This document shows positions 62,265-64,000 of a stretch of DNA of 64,000 nucleotides, piece by piece. Source of the DNA: a virus (lineage: Duplodnaviria > Caudoviricetes). Where the stretch lies: positions 19,298-83,297 of the IMG/VR virus record IMGVR_UViG_3300039167_000005. The stretch is one strand, 5' to 3'. The translations under genes and the position numbers were made by a program. Every line of letters begins with the position of its first letter. The stretch's first letter is position 1. The notes under the pieces are model-generated. The model was not told the DNA's origin. It was given only the letters and a program-made list of their open reading frames with translations, and ran no database searches.

Positions 62265-63560
62265 ATGGCTCAACTTGATCGTTATGTTTCAGTAAATATT
62301 ACTAGAAACACGCAAGCTATCTCGGTAGCTAGTTTTTCTATCCCTCTACTGCTGGGTGAGCACGCTGCCTTTACAGAGCGCTCCCGTGTTTATAGTAGCC
62401 TAGAGGCAATTGCTGCGGACTTCCCGACAGCATCTAAGATTTATCAAATGGCTCAGACGCTTTACTCTCAACCGCTGGTTAGTGGTACTGTCGTTGTTGG
62501 TCGTAAAGAAGCTGGTTATTCGTCTGCTCTTGCTGTAGCTCCTACAGGGACTGCTGAAACCTATGAAGTGCTTCTAGACGGCATCCCCGTTGCTACCTAC
62601 GAAGCTGCCGATGACCAAGTGCCACTTGCAGACGTAATCAACGGTCTAGCTCTTTCTGCTGAAGACAGCATCATCTTTGAAGTGATTGATGCAAGTGCTG
62701 GCACTTTCAATGTAACTCCTGTTGTTGCTGGTGGCGTACTGACTGCTACAGCAAATATCACTCTTACTTCTGTAGTGAGTGGTGAGACTTACGCCGACGC
62801 TATTCTTGCCGTAAACGACGAAAATAGCCAGTGGTTTGGTGCTGCTATTGATAGCCGTGCTGATGCAGATATCGAATCTGCTGCCGCAACGATTGAAGGT
62901 CTCAAGAAGATGTTCTTCGCTGCCACTTCCAGTGCTGATGTTTTGAATGGTGTACTTGACACAGATATTGCTTCTCGTCTAATGGCGCTCAGCTATGAGG
63001 GTACGCACCTTTCCTATATTAAGGACAGCAGCATTGTACAGTGGCCCGACGTTGCAAATATGTGGCTTCTGAATGAGGTGGTTGGTTCTACTACTTGGGC
63101 ATTCAAGCAACTGATTGGTGTTCCTGCTGTTAACTACACAGAGCAAGAAATCTCTGTAATGGATGCCAAGCATGTGAACTTCTATCGAACTGTTGCTGGC
63201 GTGAATATCACCGATCCGGGTAAACAAGTTGGTGGTGAGTGGACGGATATTATTTTAACGCAACGCTGGCTGACTGCCCGGATTCAAGAAGCTGTGTTTG
63301 GTCTTCTAGTGCGTAATAAGAAGGTTCCGATGACCGCTGCTGGCGTTGCCATGATTGAGGCTGCTATTCGTTCTGTACTGAACCAAGCAGTGACTAATGG
63401 TGCTATCGCCCCTGCCCCGGCATACACGGTGACTTCTCCGAACATCCTCACTGTTTCCACTAACGACAAGGCCAACCGCATTCTCGGTGACTTCCGCTTT
63501 GTGGCAATCCTTGCAGGTGCTGTTCACAAGGTCACTATCTTCGGTTCTCTGGAATACTAA
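62265..63560 (+). CDS. contractile tail sheath protein (DUF3383-like)
   Basis: V.V.I.R, TWAFK.L.GV, W.D......WL...IQ, GA.H.V.I.G. Confidence 0.85.
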   Translation: MAQLDRYVSVNITRNTQAISVASFSIPLLLGEHAAFTERSRVYSSLEAIAADFPTASKIYQMAQTLYSQPLVSGTVVVGRKEAGYSSALAVAPTGTAETYEVLLDGIPVATYEAADDQVPLADVINGLALSAEDSIIFEVIDASAGTFNVTPVVAGGVLTATANITLTSVVSGETYADAILAVNDENSQWFGAAIDSRADADIESAAATIEGLKKMFFAATSSADVLNGVLDTDIASRLMALSYEGTHLSYIKDSSIVQWPDVANMWLLNEVVGSTTWAFKQLIGVPAVNYTEQEISVMDAKHVNFYRTVAGVNITDPGKQVGGEWTDIILTQRWLTARIQEAVFGLLVRNKKVPMTAAGVAMIEAAIRSVLNQAVTNGAIAPAPAYTVTSPNILTVSTNDKANRILGDFRFVAILAGAVHKVTIFGSLEY

Positions 63561-63572
63561 GGAATAAAATAA

Positions 63573-64000
63573 ATGGCTAATGCTCAATTTTATAGCTATG
63601 CACCAGAAGATACCGTAATGGTCATCACGTGGACTGGTAATGGCGGTGGAACCCACGTTGTTGAGGGTGTTGCAGACGGTACTTTCTTTGAAGTGACACC
63701 CGAAGGCGCCCCTATTACTATGTCCATTGGTGCTTACGGTAGCATGGCGCGTACTGTACTTGGTCGCAGTAATGCCTCCATTGCAGTTACTCTGCAAGAT
63801 GGTAGTGCTTCAAATGACATTCTTTCTGCTCTGCACAAGAACGACCGTACTTCTCGAAACCTTGACTGGGTTTTCCAAGTGACTCTAAAGAGTGGTGAAC
63901 GTACTTTCTTCACTGCTCCGTTTGCGTACATTGAAGACTATCCTGCTAAGAGTTATAGCACCGAGGCTTCCACCGTAACTTGGAATATTGTGTGTAACGA
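63573..64000 (+). CDS. tail tube protein (truncated by the window end)
   Basis: Y.P.D....V.G.ADGTF..V...G......TL...S.SND.L. Confidence 0.75.
   Translation, partial: MANAQFYSYAPEDTVMVITWTGNGGGTHVVEGVADGTFFEVTPEGAPITMSIGAYGSMARTVLGRSNASIAVTLQDGSASNDILSALHKNDRTSRNLDWVFQVTLKSGERTFFTAPFAYIEDYPAKSYSTEASTVTWNIVCN

Overview
A 64-kb slice of a lytic myovirus genome. Gene order resembles the PAK_P1/Otagovirus-type (Vandenendeviridae-like) Pseudomonas phages; that placement and the host are inference from gene content, not a database result. Layout: (i) 1-26.7 kb, + strand, replication and nucleotide metabolism: T7-type primase-helicase, family A DNA polymerase, SSB-like protein, exonuclease, ThyA, DHFR, MazG-like protein, thioredoxin, NrdA/NrdB, glutaredoxin, a deaminase. 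(ii) 27-32.2 kb, small early genes behind strong sigma70 promoters. (iii) 32.2-33.4 kb, non-coding. (iv) 33.4-46 kb, - strand accessory block with an SF2-like ATPase, nucleotidyltransferase, kinase, RNA ligase, phosphoesterase and dCMP deaminase. (v) 46.5-48.8 kb, wHTH/RHH/endonuclease module with iteron-like repeats. (vi) 49.4-50.3 kb, tRNA operon. (vii) 50.4-64 kb, packaging, head, neck, sheath and tube genes. Three group I introns can be read from the sequence (one in nrdA, two in terL), each splitting a catalytic motif. The most unusual signal is in the tRNA operon: four canonical tRNAs are followed by two CCA-terminated tRNA-like RNAs and a tRNA-Gly with inverted tertiary pairs (A8/U14, A54/U58), and preceded by a hairpin RNA displaying anti-Shine-Dalgarno motifs. 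No integrase, CRISPR array or rRNA was seen.
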